Assembly (NCBI GenBank): GCA_013151745.1
Contig: JAADHS010000078.1
Location: forward strand, 255 to 64,254
Reading direction: 5' to 3'
Origin: Gammaproteobacteria bacterium
GTDB taxonomy: Bacteria; Pseudomonadota; Gammaproteobacteria; JAADHS01
Length of the DNA stretch: 64,000 bases
Under the pieces are notes generated by a model that saw only the letters and a list, made by a program, of their open reading frames with translations, had not been told where the DNA came from and searched no databases. Positions 63,622 through 64,000 of the stretch are shown here, piece after piece (position 1 is the stretch's first letter; each line of letters opens with the position of its first letter). A program made the position numbers and the translations under genes.

Positions 63622-64000
63622 TTACAGGGTGACGATAAACTCAGCAGTGATTATGTCGTTGTCTCCTGCCATACCTGTGATGATGTCCGAAGCTGTTCCG
63701 CCTTTTTCGTTGTTGCTCCATTCAAGTGCAACTAACAAATTACTGTTAGCTTGCCAAGAAGCATATAAAGTCGTTTTTGTGAGATCCTCATTCGCGGCGA
63801 CTTCATATGCTAAAACGCTGTATCGTGCTTTGACAGCAAAATCGCCGAAAGCATATCCGCCCCATGCATCGTATGTACTATCGACGATTGCTCCAGCAGA
63901 CAGATAATCTATGCCAGCAGTGAAACCACTGATGGTATATTGAGCATTGAAATCAATCACATCTTCAGCAGAAAGTGGGTTGTCCGTATTATCTGCCTGG
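63622..64000 (-). CDS. C-terminal part of an outer-membrane beta-barrel (porin-like) protein
   Basis: Frame open to window edge; amphipathic beta strands, ends ITAEFIVTL. Confidence 0.65.
   Translation of the reverse strand, partial: QADNTDNPLSAEDVIDFNAQYTISGFTAGIDYLSAGAIVDSTYDAWGGYAFGDFAVKARYSVLAYEVAANEDLTKTTLYASWQANSNLLVALEWSNNEKGGTASDIITGMAGDNDIITAEFIVTL

Overview
Chromosomal window of a moderately AT-rich Gammaproteobacterium (inferred from gene order). Housekeeping blocks: queA-tgt-yajC-secD-secF; glyA-nrdR-ribD-ribE-ribB(X)-ribH-nusB-thiL; mutY-yggX; thiS-thiG-trmB; alaC-hom-thrC; tRNA-Leu(CAA) and tRNA-Phe(GAA). Accessory content includes glgC-malQ, a methanotroph-type sucrose cluster (sps-spp-fruK-ams), a COG3014-YcfL-LpoB lipoprotein cluster, an rhlE-csp-RRM RNA-chaperone cluster, exported msrB-msrA coupled to a cNMP-EAL protein, a GGDEF gene with a sigma54-type promoter, and a pair of FGE/SUMF1-domain proteins, one carrying two haem motifs. 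The most striking unexplained structure is a set of at least 10 intergenic palindromic elements of about 70-210 bp. They appear modular: the same ERIC-like TATACCC...GGGTATA ends enclose two different interiors, one CAAGGNG...hairpin...CAACNC core recurs inside different ends, and a TACC..AAGGGCRC motif recurs in four elements. Several elements start at the TA of a stop codon. Degraded IS66 and IS3 relics, two small membrane ORFs and one truncated ORF absent from the ORF track were also found. All calls are by eye; no database searches were run.
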